Below the pieces are notes generated by a model that saw only the letters and a program-made list of their open reading frames with translations, did not search any database and had not been told where the DNA came from. 64,000 nt of DNA from Octopus sinensis (taxonomy: Eukaryota): NCBI RefSeq assembly GCF_006345805.1, contig NC_043014.1:33418001-33482000 (forward strand), given 5' to 3'. The translations under genes were made by a program, and so were the position numbers. Of the stretch, positions 25,172-38,137 are shown piece after piece. Each line of letters begins with the position of its first letter. The stretch's first letter is position 1.

Positions 25172-25879
25172 CCATATGTACTTGAGTAATAGTCAACCCC
25201 CTATTTTGGCTAAAAAAACTGGGAATTTTCCATAGACCTCCACATAAAAGTCGACTCTAGTATTTCACAAATAGCAGGACAACATTTGTTGGTCAAGGTA
25301 CCGTATTATCCTGTACGTAGAAATAATACTGTTACAAAATTGTGTGGATACCTTACTGTAGCCTGCTCTATAGGTGGAATGCTTGGTGCTTATAATAAAA
25401 CACCATTAAATAGCGAGCACTATACATTTGTTGATGGGTGCTACATCACCATTTCTAAAATGTATGCATAGGATATGCTGCAAGCCTGCATACACCTTCA
25501 AGCATAATAAACACATGCATCATACACTCATTGTTTACATGGTGAGAAACGTATATCACAGACAATGTTATTGGTGGACACTGGCTAATACCACTGTCTG
25601 AATTCTTACAAAGAGATGACTTTGATAAGCATAAAAACATTCAATTAATCACTAAACCTTTATATTTTATTAGAATATGTGTTTTGATGTATAGAATTGG
25701 TAGCATTGCTGTAATTCATTGTGTTTTTTTGTTTTTATTCGCTTAGAAATCAGTTGGGCTTCTGCTGCTGATACGGTACTTCAGTTTCTGGCTTGAATTT
25801 CAGCCCCTCAAAAATAGTATCCATGTAATAGTTGACCCCGTAGATTTGACCTTAAAAAATGGTCTAAAAAATTTGACTT
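25172..25879. mobile_element. pogo/Tc1-like non-autonomous DNA transposon relic
   Basis: Left end accatatgtacttgagtaatagtcaacc; right end gacttttacacaagtttgtacggt; subterminal direct repeat gtaatagt(c/t)(a/g)acccc. Confidence 0.45.
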
Positions 25880-25905
25880 TTACACAAGTTTGTACGGTGT
25901 GTGTG

Positions 25906-25946
<41 letters not shown>

Positions 25947-26186
25947 GTATATCTCTCTGTAATATATACATATATGTGTATATGTATGTACATCTTTCTA
26001 TATATCTATCTATCTATCTATACACACACACACATATATATGCCAACGTGGAAGACTTACATTAAATGATGATGACACACACCTAGTTGTATGTAAACAC
26101 ACACTCACACACAATTGGGATAAGAAAACAAATTTATTAAAAAGCCGGTATACTAAGGATAATTTCAGAGACATGCACAAACTTAC

Positions 26187-26201
26187 CACGAGGATTGAAA
26201 C
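26187..26201 (-). CDS. MROH1: Candidate 15-nt alternative microexon in the last MROH1 intron (would insert GFNPR)
   Basis: ctttag|GTTTCAATCCTCGTG|gtaagt, preceded on the sense strand by ~200 nt of U-rich sequence; length divisible by 3; no transcript evidence available. Confidence 0.45.
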
Positions 26202-26659
26202 CTAAAGATCAACAGTGTAAAAATGTTTAAAATTAAAAAAGACAAAACAAAATATGCAGCAAAAAAAAAAAATGAAATAAATTGAAAATAAAATGCAGGA
26301 AAATAATTTCAAGATAAAGCATGACAGAAGAAAAACAAAAGAAATATAAGACCTAAAAAAATGAAGTAAGATTGTAAAATTAAAGAGATTGTAGAGTAAT
26401 TTAATGTTTGACATGCAAATTTTTTGGAATTCATTCATGTTGGAGTGATGAGAAGCCAATAAAAGTAAATGTTATGTTAACTATTGAAAACTTTATATAA
26501 CAGAGAGCAGTCCCCATGTTTTTTTCCAAACCAGCCATCTCTAAATCTCTGAAGAGCACATGGTTTACTTGACCGTGCTGTAATCAAGTATCACATTATA
26601 TAATATGCAGTGCAAAACCTATAGGTAAGATCAGGTGAAGTGGATGAGTAGTACTGTAT

Positions 26660-27200
26660 CATCATCGTTTAACGTCCGCTTTCCATGCTAGCATGGGTTG
26701 GACGATTTGACTGAGGGCTGGCAAACCAGATGGCTGCACCAGGCTTCAATCTTGATCTGGCAGAGTTTCTACAGCTGGATGCCCTACCTAACGCCAACCA
26801 CTTTGAGATTGTAATGGGTGCTTTTACGTGCCACCGGCACAGGGCCAGTCAGGTGGTACTGGCAACGACCTTGCTCAAATCTTTTGCACATGCCACCGGC
26901 ACAGGTGCCAGTAAGGCAATGCTGGTAACGATCATGCTTGAATGGTGTCTTTTACATGCCACTGGCACGGAGGCCAGATAGCCGCTCTGGCAACGATCAC
27001 ACTCAGATGGTGTTCTTAACACCCTCCTAGCATAGGGCTTGAGTGCTAGTAAGGCAACGCTGGTAACGATCACACTCGAATGGTGCCTTTTATGTTCCAC
27101 TGGCACAGAAGCCAGTTAGCCGCTCTGTCAACGATCACACTCGTATGGTGCTCTTTGCACCCCGCTAGCACGGATGCCAGTCATCAAATTTGATTTTGAT
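26660..27200 (-). mobile_element. 5'-truncated RTE LINE 3' end with ~6 tandem UTR units
   Basis: Closely similar to 38580-39000; catcatcgtttaacgtccgctttccatgctagcatggg terminus. Confidence 0.85.
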
Positions 27201-27414
27201 TTGTATATTTTGGTTAATATTCCTACACCACTAACAAGTATACAAATGCATATTTTTTCTGACTTACGGATTATTAGATGTCTATATACATATATACCAA
27301 AACCAAAAGGGGCACAGTAAAGTGCAACATGCAACCAAAAACTGAGCTCAGTAGGGGCATCAAACCTGGGACAAGCTAGAGTGCAGAATATGAGCCAAAT
27401 TATAGAAATAATAA

Positions 27415-27913
27415 CAGGCAGAAAACAGGTGTGGTATTCAGTGCTTTGTAGGACATACATGCATTTCAGCAAACTACCAAAATAATTACACAAGAGTAGT
27501 GGAAACATTATGCAATAATGCACTTCACCTCATCAATGTTCTGCAATATATACAGCAATCGATGCTAAGGCTTCAAATATATACATTTTACTCTCATTAT
27601 GCAAATAATCAACAACCTCACAAATTTTATGTGACAGGCCAAGTTGTTGATTATTTGTATTACAGTCATGTAATCGAAAACATAACAAATCATACATGTT
27701 TTATATGATATGCAAAATTGTTGATTATTTATATAAGGGAGAAAATGTATATTGGGACTTTAACCTCAATTATTGCATTTATTGCCAAACACAGATTGGA
27801 TGAAATGCATGACTGCATAATGTTTCTACTCATCTTAGGTAATCGTGTTAGCATTTTGCTGGAATGCATATATTTCCAATGGAGCATTGAATACTACACT
27901 TGTTTTCTGTTTT
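27415..27913. repeat. Old foldback element, ~200-bp arms
   Basis: 27415-27621 is inverted at 27711-27913 (~70% identity); the ORF track shows homologous peptides on opposite strands (MHYCIMFPLLL / MHDCIMFLLIL). Confidence 0.8.
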
Positions 27914-28305
27914 CGCCTGGCCCCCGTGCCGGTGACACATAAAAGCACCATCCGTTTCGTGGCCGTTTGCCAGCTCTGTCTGGCCCCCGTGTTGGTGGCA
28001 CATAAAAGCACCATCCGTTCGTGTCCGTTGCCAGCCTCGCCTGGCCCCGTGCCGGTGACACGTAAAAGCACCATCCGTTCGTGGCCGTTTGCCAGCTCTG
28101 TCTGGCACCTGTGCAGGTGGCACGTAAAAAGCACCCACTACACTCACGGAGTGGTTGGCGTTAGGAAGGGCATCCAGCCGTAGAAACACTGCCAGATCTG
28201 ACTGGGCCTGATGAAGCCTTCCAGCTTCACAGACCCCAGTTGAACCGTCCAACCCATGCTAGCATGGAGAACGGATGCTAAATGATGATGATGATGATGA
28301 TGATG
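27913..28305 (+). mobile_element. 5'-truncated RTE LINE 3' end with 61-63 bp tandem units
   Basis: Units start at about 27917, 27980, 28041 and 28102; (ATG)n tail. Confidence 0.85.
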
Positions 28306-28306
28306 A

Positions 28307-28348
<42 letters not shown>

Positions 28349-28600
28349 CACTAGCCGGTGTATATGAAGCAATGCATAGCTTTGCGGAAACCATGGTATG
28401 CTTTGTTTTCTGACTTTATAATCATCTCATAATAATGACTTTTATGAATTTTATTACTACCTCAGTACATCTAAATGTATGTATTTGTCGTTACCTTTCA
28501 TAAAAAGCCTTTTTTTTATTTACAATGTGCATTTTCGTTGATTTTTCATATTTTACCCTTACATTTCCACGTGTATTTTATATTTTCTTTTTATGAGATA

Positions 28601-28654
<54 letters not shown>

Positions 28655-30687
28655 TTATGCATGAACGTTGGACAATGAAAATGAATGCTCAACACCATAT
28701 TGGTGAATAAAAGTTCTTTATTTGTGTATTAAGGCTACCATTGGTTTCATACTAAGAAAATATCTTAATATCTTAACAATTTTTAAGCCAATATATATAT
28801 ATATATACTGTAAATTACAATGAGCTGATGAGATACAAGAGTTGATCTGATGATTTTTAGCTTAAAATTTTGTATGAAGCCTATATCTATGATGTACATT
28901 GACTCTCAAAATACAATTGAATGTATTAAGGTTTTATTACTAATAATGCCTGATTAAACTGATGACTAAATCATCATCATCATCATTTAGCGTCCGCTTT
29001 CCATGCTAGCTTGGGTTGGACAATATACATAAATCCTTCTTGCATTCAGACGGGGTCAGGACATTCATCACCACCATCTTCTCTCCTTTTCTAGCTAGGG
29101 TAGCCATCTATCAGCAAGACATCTGTTCTGATCCTTCTTGCATACTCTTCTCTCTTAACAGCTGGTATATGCTACCTTCCTCAAAAAATCCTCACCACTC
29201 TCAATCAAGAAGTCTTGTTTTGCAAGCTACATGGTGACCTCACAGGTGCTGGTTACACACAAAAAACAGCAGCCAGTATGCTCTGTAAAATGGTTGGCTT
29301 TAGGAAGGGCATCCAACTGTAGAAACCATGAACAAAATAGACATTGGAGCTCAACACAGTCCTCTCACTTGTTGCATCCTGTCAAATCATCCAACCCATG
29401 CTGGCATGGAATATGGATGCAAAATGATGATGATGTAACGATACATGTACTATATGATGATTGTCTATTAGTTTTCACAATGAGTGGTTGGTTTCTTTCA
29501 GCTTCTACCAACCAAATCCACCCACAAGGCTTTGATTGGCCTGGGGCTATAGTTGAAGACATTTACCCAACATGCTGCACAGTCGAACTGAACCCAAGAC
29601 CAGATGGTTGGGAAGCAAGCCTCTTAATCACACAGCCATGGATGTACCTATCATATTATACAATAAAATAGGGTAGTGCTCCCAAGTAAGCCTTACTTAG
29701 CACTACCCGCAGCCAATTGCACCAGTGGTGTAAACTGACATCCAGTGGTGTGTCACTAAACCCATTTAACGAACTGTAATAATGCTTGCCCATTACGGTT
29801 GTAGCTGTCACTTATCTGACTTGAAAATCTACTTATATGGTTGGATCAATGAAAACTAACGAAATAATTATACAGTTATCCAAACTAGAGTGTGCACTTC
29901 AGCACTTACATGGGCAAAAATGCATCCAAATGAAAACAAAGACCTCGAAGCATATGATAGCTGTTGTCCTCACTTAATGGAAAGGAAACTAAAATTACAT
30001 CACATTATCACAAAGATATAAAACTATCAACTCATTAATACTGGCAATATCACAAAGATAAATACAATAATATTATGACCATAAACAGTATTTAATATTA
30101 CACTGGTTTCAAATTCTGGTACAAGGCCAGGAAGTCCAAGGGAGTGGGTAAGTTGATTATATCAACCCCTGTGCTCAACTAGTACTTATTTTATTGACTC
30201 CGAAAGGATGAAAAGCAAAGTCGACCTCAAGGGATTTTGAGCTCAGAACACGAAGACAGATGAAATACTGCCGAACATTTTGTTCAGCGTGCTAACAATT
30301 CTGCCAGCTTGTTGCCCTATAATTACCTAATATTATATTAATAACATAACAGTTATGTAATCAAAAACAGCAATACAAAATGAAGCAATGATATCAAAAT
30401 TAATAAACCATACATATATTGTCTTAATAAATTGTATTAGTAACATCATAAGTTACACCAGCAATCTTATAAAGATCTTATAAAGATATTATATAACATA
30501 TTACATTACATGGGTAAAATTGAAGTATTAGCAATATTAAAACATAGTATATGTGTCACATTATCAATATGATATATAAATGAATAATATACGTGCACCA
30601 GCAGTTGATAGTATGGTATCAATCATGCAGCAATACAGTAAAAATCATTATGTGATATAATTAATGGTAAGTTCCTGCATTAAATAC

Positions 30688-30753
30688 CTGTGCATATGTG
30701 TTCCCGGGGCAAGGTACTGTGGCTTTCCTTCGTCAAATTCCCAAGGAGAAAAC
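30688..30753 (-). CDS. MROH1: MROH1 penultimate coding exon, 66 nt, phase 1-1
   Basis: ttccag|GT TTT...ACA G|gtattt; (G)FLLGNLTKESHSTLPREHICT. Confidence 0.9.
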
Positions 30754-30970
30754 CTGGAAAAGTAAAAGAGACCCTTGAGAACTTGCTCCCTAGTTTTAAA
30801 ATGGAGTATAGTTGTGAGATTATTGGAAGAAAGAGGGGGGTAAGAAATGATAGCAGGAAGCTAGGAAGGAAACTGAAATAAAATGGATTGTATTGTGAAG
30901 TGTTCTGAACTGTGAGGTAGTATCATCATGAATCAGTAGAAAGAGGCATGGAAATGTCCCTAAAAGTGGT

Positions 30971-31086
<116 letters not shown>

Positions 31087-31129
31087 ATTGCCCCACATGA
31101 ACTCAATAGAAGAACCAGCTATCAAGGTT

Positions 31130-31560
31130 TACTGCTATATTGTTGAAAGAACCATTAAGCATAAGAAAGACCTTTCAGGGCCAGAGATGTTGAATATAAA
31201 TGGTTAATCAGGTGGTGCAAGGAGGTATTACTTACAATAGATGGTGTAGCAGTATCAACTGCCACAAGAGCAAAGGAGATGCTTTAAAGAGGTGCAGAAT
31301 TATATTGCAGCTATCAAGGTAAAATTAGCTTTGATGAGATGCAATTTAGCTTGATGCTAGCACAGGAACACTTGATGTCCTCTTCTTAGTGAACCAACTA
31401 CAGAAGTTTCTTGGCTAAGAGCAAAACACTATATACAGTATTTGTTGACAAGGAGAAGGCCTTTGACAAGAAAACATACCTTAAAGCCTGATGGTTACTA
31501 AGAAAATGGATTGTTAATGGATGGTTTGTGAAAGCCATGAAAGAGAAAGCCTACATTGAT
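31130..31560 (+). mobile_element. Highly decayed RTE RT fragment
   Basis: FVDKEKAFD motif near 31440 with a surrounding broken RT-like frame. Confidence 0.45.
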
Positions 31561-31828
31561 ATCTTTTAACATTTATCTTTTACTTGTTTCAGTTATTAGA
31601 CTGCAGCCATACTGAGGCACCACCTTGAAGAATTTTTAGGAGAATGGATTGATCCCAGGTTTTGTTTTTTATAAGCCTGGTACTTATTCTTTCAATATCT
31701 TTTGCTGAACTACTATGTTATGAGGACATAAGCATATCAACAATGGTTGTCAAGCAGTGGTGGGGGACAAACACAGACACAGTCACACACGCACAGACAC
31801 ACATACGCACAGACACACACACGCACAG

Positions 31829-31859
<31 letters not shown>

Positions 31860-32384
31860 ACAGGCTTCTTCCAGTTTCTGTCTACCAAATCCACTCACAA
31901 AGCTTTGGTCACCTGAGGCTACAGTAAAAGACACTTGTTCAAGGTGCTATGCAGAGGGACTGAACATAGAACCATGTAGTTGGGAAGCAAGCTTTTTACC
32001 ACACAACCATACTTGCGCCTGGCCATGTATTGTGTGTGAAGGTTCATAGCTTGGTGAAGAAGTGAAAAATTGTCAAATGATCCAAATGGGAAGGGCTTTA
32101 GGAATAGGATGTGTGGAAAAAAAATGGCAGTGGTTGATCTGAAGATGGTGATTTTCATAAAAAATAACTATGATGACTGTTGGACTGTGACAAGTATAAA
32201 GTTACTTTGCTAGAACAGACCTACCAAACCTATTCTAGCATGGAAAAACATATAAAATGAAGATGATGATTATAAAATTATTTAATAAATGTTGAGATAT
32301 ATAGAAACTATATGTGAAATAATTGAGGGATGGAAATTTTGCTTTAGGAAAGACAGCCAAAAATTATTTAAGTATTGTCATTAC

Positions 32385-32487
32385 CTGAAAACATGGCGGC
32401 ATTGGCACGAATTTCTGCCCAAATACTGTTGTAGAATGACATACAAGACAACAAGTATTGGTTAATTTTGTCTGGCATTTCCTTAAT
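32385..32487 (-). CDS. MROH1: MROH1 coding exon, 103 nt, phase 0-1
   Basis: tttcag|ATT...G|gtaatg; IKEMPDKINQYLLSCMSFYNSIWAEIRANAAMFS(G). Confidence 0.93.
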
Positions 32488-32524
32488 CTGAAACAAAAAA
32501 CAGAAAATCAATGCAAATAAGAAG

Positions 32525-32590
<66 letters not shown>

Positions 32591-34499
32591 TGTGTGTGTG
32601 TGTGTGTCTGTGAAAGTTGAATCTGCTTCCTCCAAATCTGCTCAATTTATATATTTGTCTGGATCTGGGGCTGCACATCAAAGGTAAGGTTGTGAGTTAG
32701 GGAAAGAACCACAAATGAAGAAGATGGTCAATGGCATCAAAGAATCTCTAAGTGCACGAGTGTAAATTCATTTGATAAAAAGTTGGAGTTACACTTTCTC
32801 ACTAGGGAAAAGACGTCTGGTCAAGAAATTCAGTATAGCAACAGAGTGAAACTTCCCCTTCTAACAAATGAATAGGCGTAGGAGTGGCTGTGTGGTAAGT
32901 AGCTTGTTTACCACATGGTTCTGGGCAAGTGTCTTCTACTATAGCCACGGGTCGACCAAAGCCTTGTGAGTGGATTTGGTAGATGGAAACTGAAAGAATC
33001 CCGTTGTGTATATGTATATATATATGTATGTGTATATGTTTGTGTGTCTGTGTTTGTCCCCACAACATCGCTTGACAACTGATGCTGGTGTGTTTACGTC
33101 CCCATAACTTAGCAGTCCGGCAAAAGAGACTGATAGAATAAGTACTAGGCTTACAAAGAATAAGTCCTGGGGTCGATTTGCTTGACTAAAGGCGGTGCTC
33201 CAGCATGGCCACAGTCAAATGACTGAAACAAGTAAAAGAGTAAAAGAGAGAGAGAGAGAGAGAGTATCAAGTACATTATTTCTCTTTAGTTATACATTGC
33301 AGCTTATGTTATTATATACATGTATGTTTATGCACATTATCACATATGTGTGTGTGTGTGTGTAAAAGAGAGAGTATATATATATATATATGTGTGTGCG
33401 TGTGTAAATAGAGAGATAAAAAGACAGGTAGATGAACAATCAAAAGAAAGTATTACTCAACATATTTAGTTGGAGTTGTATCTAACAACATTTTGATTCA
33501 ACTTTACATTTCTTTAAGTTTCATATGCAGAGATAAGCAGCTACATCTTCAGACATACATCTAAAAATGTACATGCTAATTTGTGCCTATGAAATACTGA
33601 ATAATGTGGAACTGAGTCAATTATTTTGTCAAATTATTTCTGCTTCTAATTCTTCCCATCTTTGCCTTGAACGAATAAGATTATTAAGATGTGCCCACTT
33701 TTGAAAGGGATGAGAATACTTATTGGTGAAGTCACCAAATTAATCAAGCTTATTGCTCTTTGCAATGATCTGATGAATCAATTACCATATGCACAGGAAA
33801 AACTATTTACATAGTGCAGAATACAGAGACAATAATTGCTAACACACTAATGAACATGATGCAGGAGTAGTTAAAATGTGAAGTGGTGAAACAATTGTAA
33901 ACAGTGTATTAAAATCAATATCACTTACTTTATTCTTCGATGATCATCATTTAACGTCTGTTTTCCATGCTGGCATGGGTTGGACGGTTTGACTGAGGTC
34001 TGGCAAGTCAGTAGGCCTCACTAGGCTCCAATCTGATCACGCAAGGTTTCTACAGCTGGATGCCCTTCCTAATGCCAACCACTCTGAGAGTGTAGTGGGT
34101 GCTTTTTATGTGCCACCAGCATGGGAGCCAGCCAGTCAGATAGCACTGGTATCAACCACATTCAGATGGTGCTTTTTATGTGCCACTGGCATGGGAGTCA
34201 GTCAGGTGGCACTGGCATCGATCATGTTCGAATGGTTCTTTTTAAGTGCCACTGATACGAGGAGCCAGTCAAGCAGCACTGGCATTGACCCACAGATAGA
34301 TACAACATACATGTGTTTGTGTTTATAAATGCAGTGTATGGACAGAATCATTCAAGCATCAAACAAAATGTTGTCTAGTTGCAGCCCTTTATGTTTTGAC
34401 TTTGCCTTTCATTCTTCCAGGAGACAATAAAATAAAGTACCAGCCAAGTGCTGTCTTGGACTAAGAAGGATATGTTGAAGAAATCAGTCTCTGATATAT

Positions 34500-34644
34500 A
34501 TCTATCTCCCTGTTTCTGTGTTCCTTTTTGTGGAAGAGCGTAGACTCCAAACATTAAAGACTTTTTCATTTCCTGAGCATTATACTAATACATCTGTTTG
34601 TTGTCAACACCACCTGTCTTCGTCTTTTGTTTTTTATGAATTCT

Positions 34645-34650
<6 letters not shown>
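34500..34650 (+). mobile_element. TA-associated hammerhead-like repeat, copy 3 (degenerate)
   Basis: ttgtggaa-gagc-gtag-actc-caaa-catt-aaagac at 34528-34561, followed by (TA)n. Confidence 0.55.
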
Positions 34651-34697
<47 letters not shown>

Positions 34698-35409
34698 CAC
34701 ACATATATATATGTGTGTGTGTGTGTGTGTGAGTTGGGGTAGTCATGTATCTCTCCTATAGCAACACATCTGTTCTTGTTCCTTTATCATATTTCAGTCA
34801 CCCAACAACTGGCACAAAGCTACCACTCTCAATCAAGGAGTCTCATCTTGTGAGTTACTTGGTGACCTCCCTAGAGCTGCTGCCACGAAAGAAGGGTATT
34901 TGACATTAGGAAGGGCATCCAGCTATAGAAATCATGCTGAAGCAGGCAATGGGGTTCGATGCAGTCATCTTGCTCACTGGATTCTGTCAAACCATCTATC
35001 CACTCCATGTCAGAATGGAATGCAAAAATTGATGATAAAGATGACAACTATACGTGTGTGTGATAATCATCATCACCATTAACATTGTTTAACATCTGCT
35101 TTCCATGCTGGCATGGGTTGAATGGCTTGACATGAAGCTGACTTGCTGGGAGCTGTCCAAACTCCAATTGTCTGTTGTCGCATGGTTTCTATGGCTGGAT
35201 GCCCTTCCTAGCACCAAACACTTAACAGAGTGTAGCGGGTGACTTTTACGTGCTACCAGCATGGGTGCGCTTATGCAGCACTGGCATGGGTGTGTCTATG
35301 CAGCACCGGAAGAGGTGTGTTTATGCGGCACCAGTACCTGAAACAACAAGCCAGTATGTGTGGATCATGACTGTTAATTAGGGGTCTACTCAGTTAGGAT
35401 TGATATAGG

Positions 35410-35821
35410 ACTAGCAGCTAAGCCCAGTTTCACCCGGTCTGTTTGGATGATGTGGCTGTGATCGTTTTCGGTTAGGCATAATCTATAACAGCATTTGTCA
35501 ACCTTATCATTTCAGGTCCCCTATTTCAATTGGAGCCTCCAACTATATGAAAATTTCCTGACCCCACCCCGTTAGAAAACAGTTTCTAAGCAACTGGTTG
35601 TTTTAATGACAGAAGAAAGAGGGAAATTCCATTAGAAAATGTTTTAGTCGATTTTCTCGGTAAGTATGGGAGTTAGGAAAAAAATACAAACTGCATTCCA
35701 ATCTATGTACCTGTCTCCACATGTGTGCCATTTTTCATGCGAATCCACCCAGCCGTTTGGCTGTGAACCTCAAGACAAGAAAGAATACAACGATCGCCAA
35801 CGTCCAATTTATATTATAGAT
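35410..35821 (+). mobile_element. Non-autonomous Helitron-like (HINE/Lep1-type) element
   Basis: Starts actagcagctaagcccagtttcacccgg; ends aatccacccagccgtttggctgtg...tttatattatagat. Confidence 0.55.
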
Positions 35822-35894
35822 TAATCAACAACAACTATCATTATTACCTCCACCACCACAACAACAACAACAAAACCATAAAACTTGCTCTTAC

Positions 35895-36029
35895 GATTAG
35901 TTTGGAAATGTCGTTCATGAATTCTCCATAGTACAAGTTGGCATCATCTAAGAGAAGCTTTTGGAATTTCTCATCAATCTTTGGGCAGTCCAGTAATGAG
36001 CCCAATGACCGCAATGTGAATTTACAAGC
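35895..36029 (-). CDS. MROH1: MROH1 coding exon, 135 nt, phase 0-0
   Basis: ttccag|GCT...ATC|gtaaga; ACKFTLRSLGSLLDCPKIDEKFQKLLLDDANLYYGEFMNDISKLI. Confidence 0.93.
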
Positions 36030-37345
36030 CTGGAAATAGAAAATTTTAAAATATTTATATCTTTATTGCGCACATGGGGCTAAACATAGAGGGGACAAAC
36101 AAGGAAAGACAAAGGGATTAAGTTGATTACATCGACCCCAGTGCATAACTGGTTCTTATTTAATCAACCACAAAAAGATGAAAGGCAAAGTTGACCTTGG
36201 CAGAATTTGAACTCAGAACGTAGCAGTAGATGAAATACCACTAAGTATTTTGCCCGGTGTGCTAATGGTTCTGCCAGTTCGCCACATCATCACTACCACC
36301 ACTACCACCACTACTATTATACCACTTTAATCCCCACTACCGACACCTCCACCACTATGATATCTCTATCCCCCACAACCATTGCTGCTGTACCACCACC
36401 GCCACTGCCGCTACCACCATTGCCACCACTGATGCAAGTGAGCCAGGTATTTCATTCTTCTACCAGAAATAGCAGTCAAGTCTCCTTCAAATTACACCCT
36501 ATTACCTCAAGAAAAATGAAGGACACACTGGATGATATGGTCTTCAATAAGCTGAGAATGCATAATGGTTGGCCACTGATGGAATGTCTTTAATCATGGA
36601 TCTGCTTCATCAGAACCTGATGTAATAACAATGGCATTCATAGGTAACATGATATTACGCCAGCCTAAAGGAGAAAACCAGTAGTTTTGTTTCTGCTGCC
36701 TCATCAACCAGCATTCGAGCCTCAATATAGGCGCTTGAGCTGCTAGAAATAGCAGCCAGGATCTTCTTATATCACACCCAATTTTCTTAAAGAAGAAAGG
36801 ATACATTGAACCATGTAACCTTTGAATATAGTTGGCCTAGAAGAAAGACATGGCTTGAATACCTTTGATCATAGGTTTGGTTTATTGGAGTTGACCTAGG
36901 GCTAAAAAAGAAAGTCACAACTCTCCTTTTCAATTAACATAATCAGAACTATGTTAATGACTATTAATAAGAAAGTTAACAAATGAAATTAATTATATAC
37001 ATATATGATTAGTATTTGCTTATTTTTACACAACCAATTAATATAATTATACATGTGGTCAGTATTTGACTATTTTTTTTTTATTGCTAACTACTAAATC
37101 TACATAAAGAGTTAGTATTTGACTATATTTTCATACTAATAGGTGCAGGTATGGCTGTGTGGTTAAGAAGCTTGTTTTGGAACTATGCAGGTTTAGGTTC
37201 AATCCCAGTGTGCAATACCCTAGGGAAGTGTTTTCTACTATAGCCCCAGGCTGACCAACGCCTTGGGAGTGAATTTGTTAGATGGAAATTGTGTGGAAAC
37301 TCACTGTATATATATGTGTGTATGTCTATACATGCATACATATAT

Positions 37346-37395
<50 letters not shown>

Positions 37396-37887
37396 ATGCA
37401 CGTGTATGTGTGTAGATGGAATTCTGGTTTTGGAATTTTCAGAAAATTTTTGCAAATTTATGTTCTATACAAGAATTCATACAAATATGAAAAAAGACTT
37501 TTCTTTCAATTTCTTGACCCTGTTCCCACAAATCCTAAAATTTCCATGGGTTTTTGAATTTTGCTTTAAAGTATGGACAGTCTGAAGCTTTTGCTTAAGT
37601 CTCAGCAATGGAGCACCCCTGGGTGCATCACCATTCCATTAAATGTGTTTATGGTGAGAAAAATATTGAAAAACATCAAGAAATGAACAAGGTATCAGGT
37701 GGTCATGAGATGTACTAAAATCAAAAGCTAAGTCACCCTTAAATCACACACAAAAAATTTTCTTTCATAATTGTATGAATTCCCATGTATCGAATACAAA
37801 TTGACAACCATTTTCTGAAAATTCCAAAAAATAAAAGAGAAGTTATATGGGATGCTTAAACCAGAATTCCACCTATATATATATATT

Positions 37888-38093
37888 ATGAATCCCTGGA
37901 GAAGGACATCATGCTCGGAATGGTCAGTGGCAAGAGAGGAAGAGACTGACCAAGAACCCGCTGGCTTGACATCATCAGGAGTGATACCAGAATGGACATG
38001 GCCAATCTGAAGGAATCATCCCAGGATAGAACTGACTGGAGGACACTGATCCAACGAGTGACCGAGAGTCGACTTCGACTGAGCAGATAGAGA
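37888..38093 (+). mobile_element. RTE/BovB-like LINE 3' end
   Basis: SLEKDIMLGMVSGKRGR..PRTRWLDIIRSD....ANLKESSQDRTDWRTLIQRVTESRLRL. Confidence 0.8.
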
Positions 38094-38102
38094 GAGATAT
38101 AT

Positions 38103-38137
<35 letters not shown>

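Noticed and set aside
36594-36806. Minus-strand 70-aa ORF within MROH1
   Set aside because: Not needed for the continuous MROH1 frame, has no HEAT similarity and lacks matching splice sites; probably decayed repeat.
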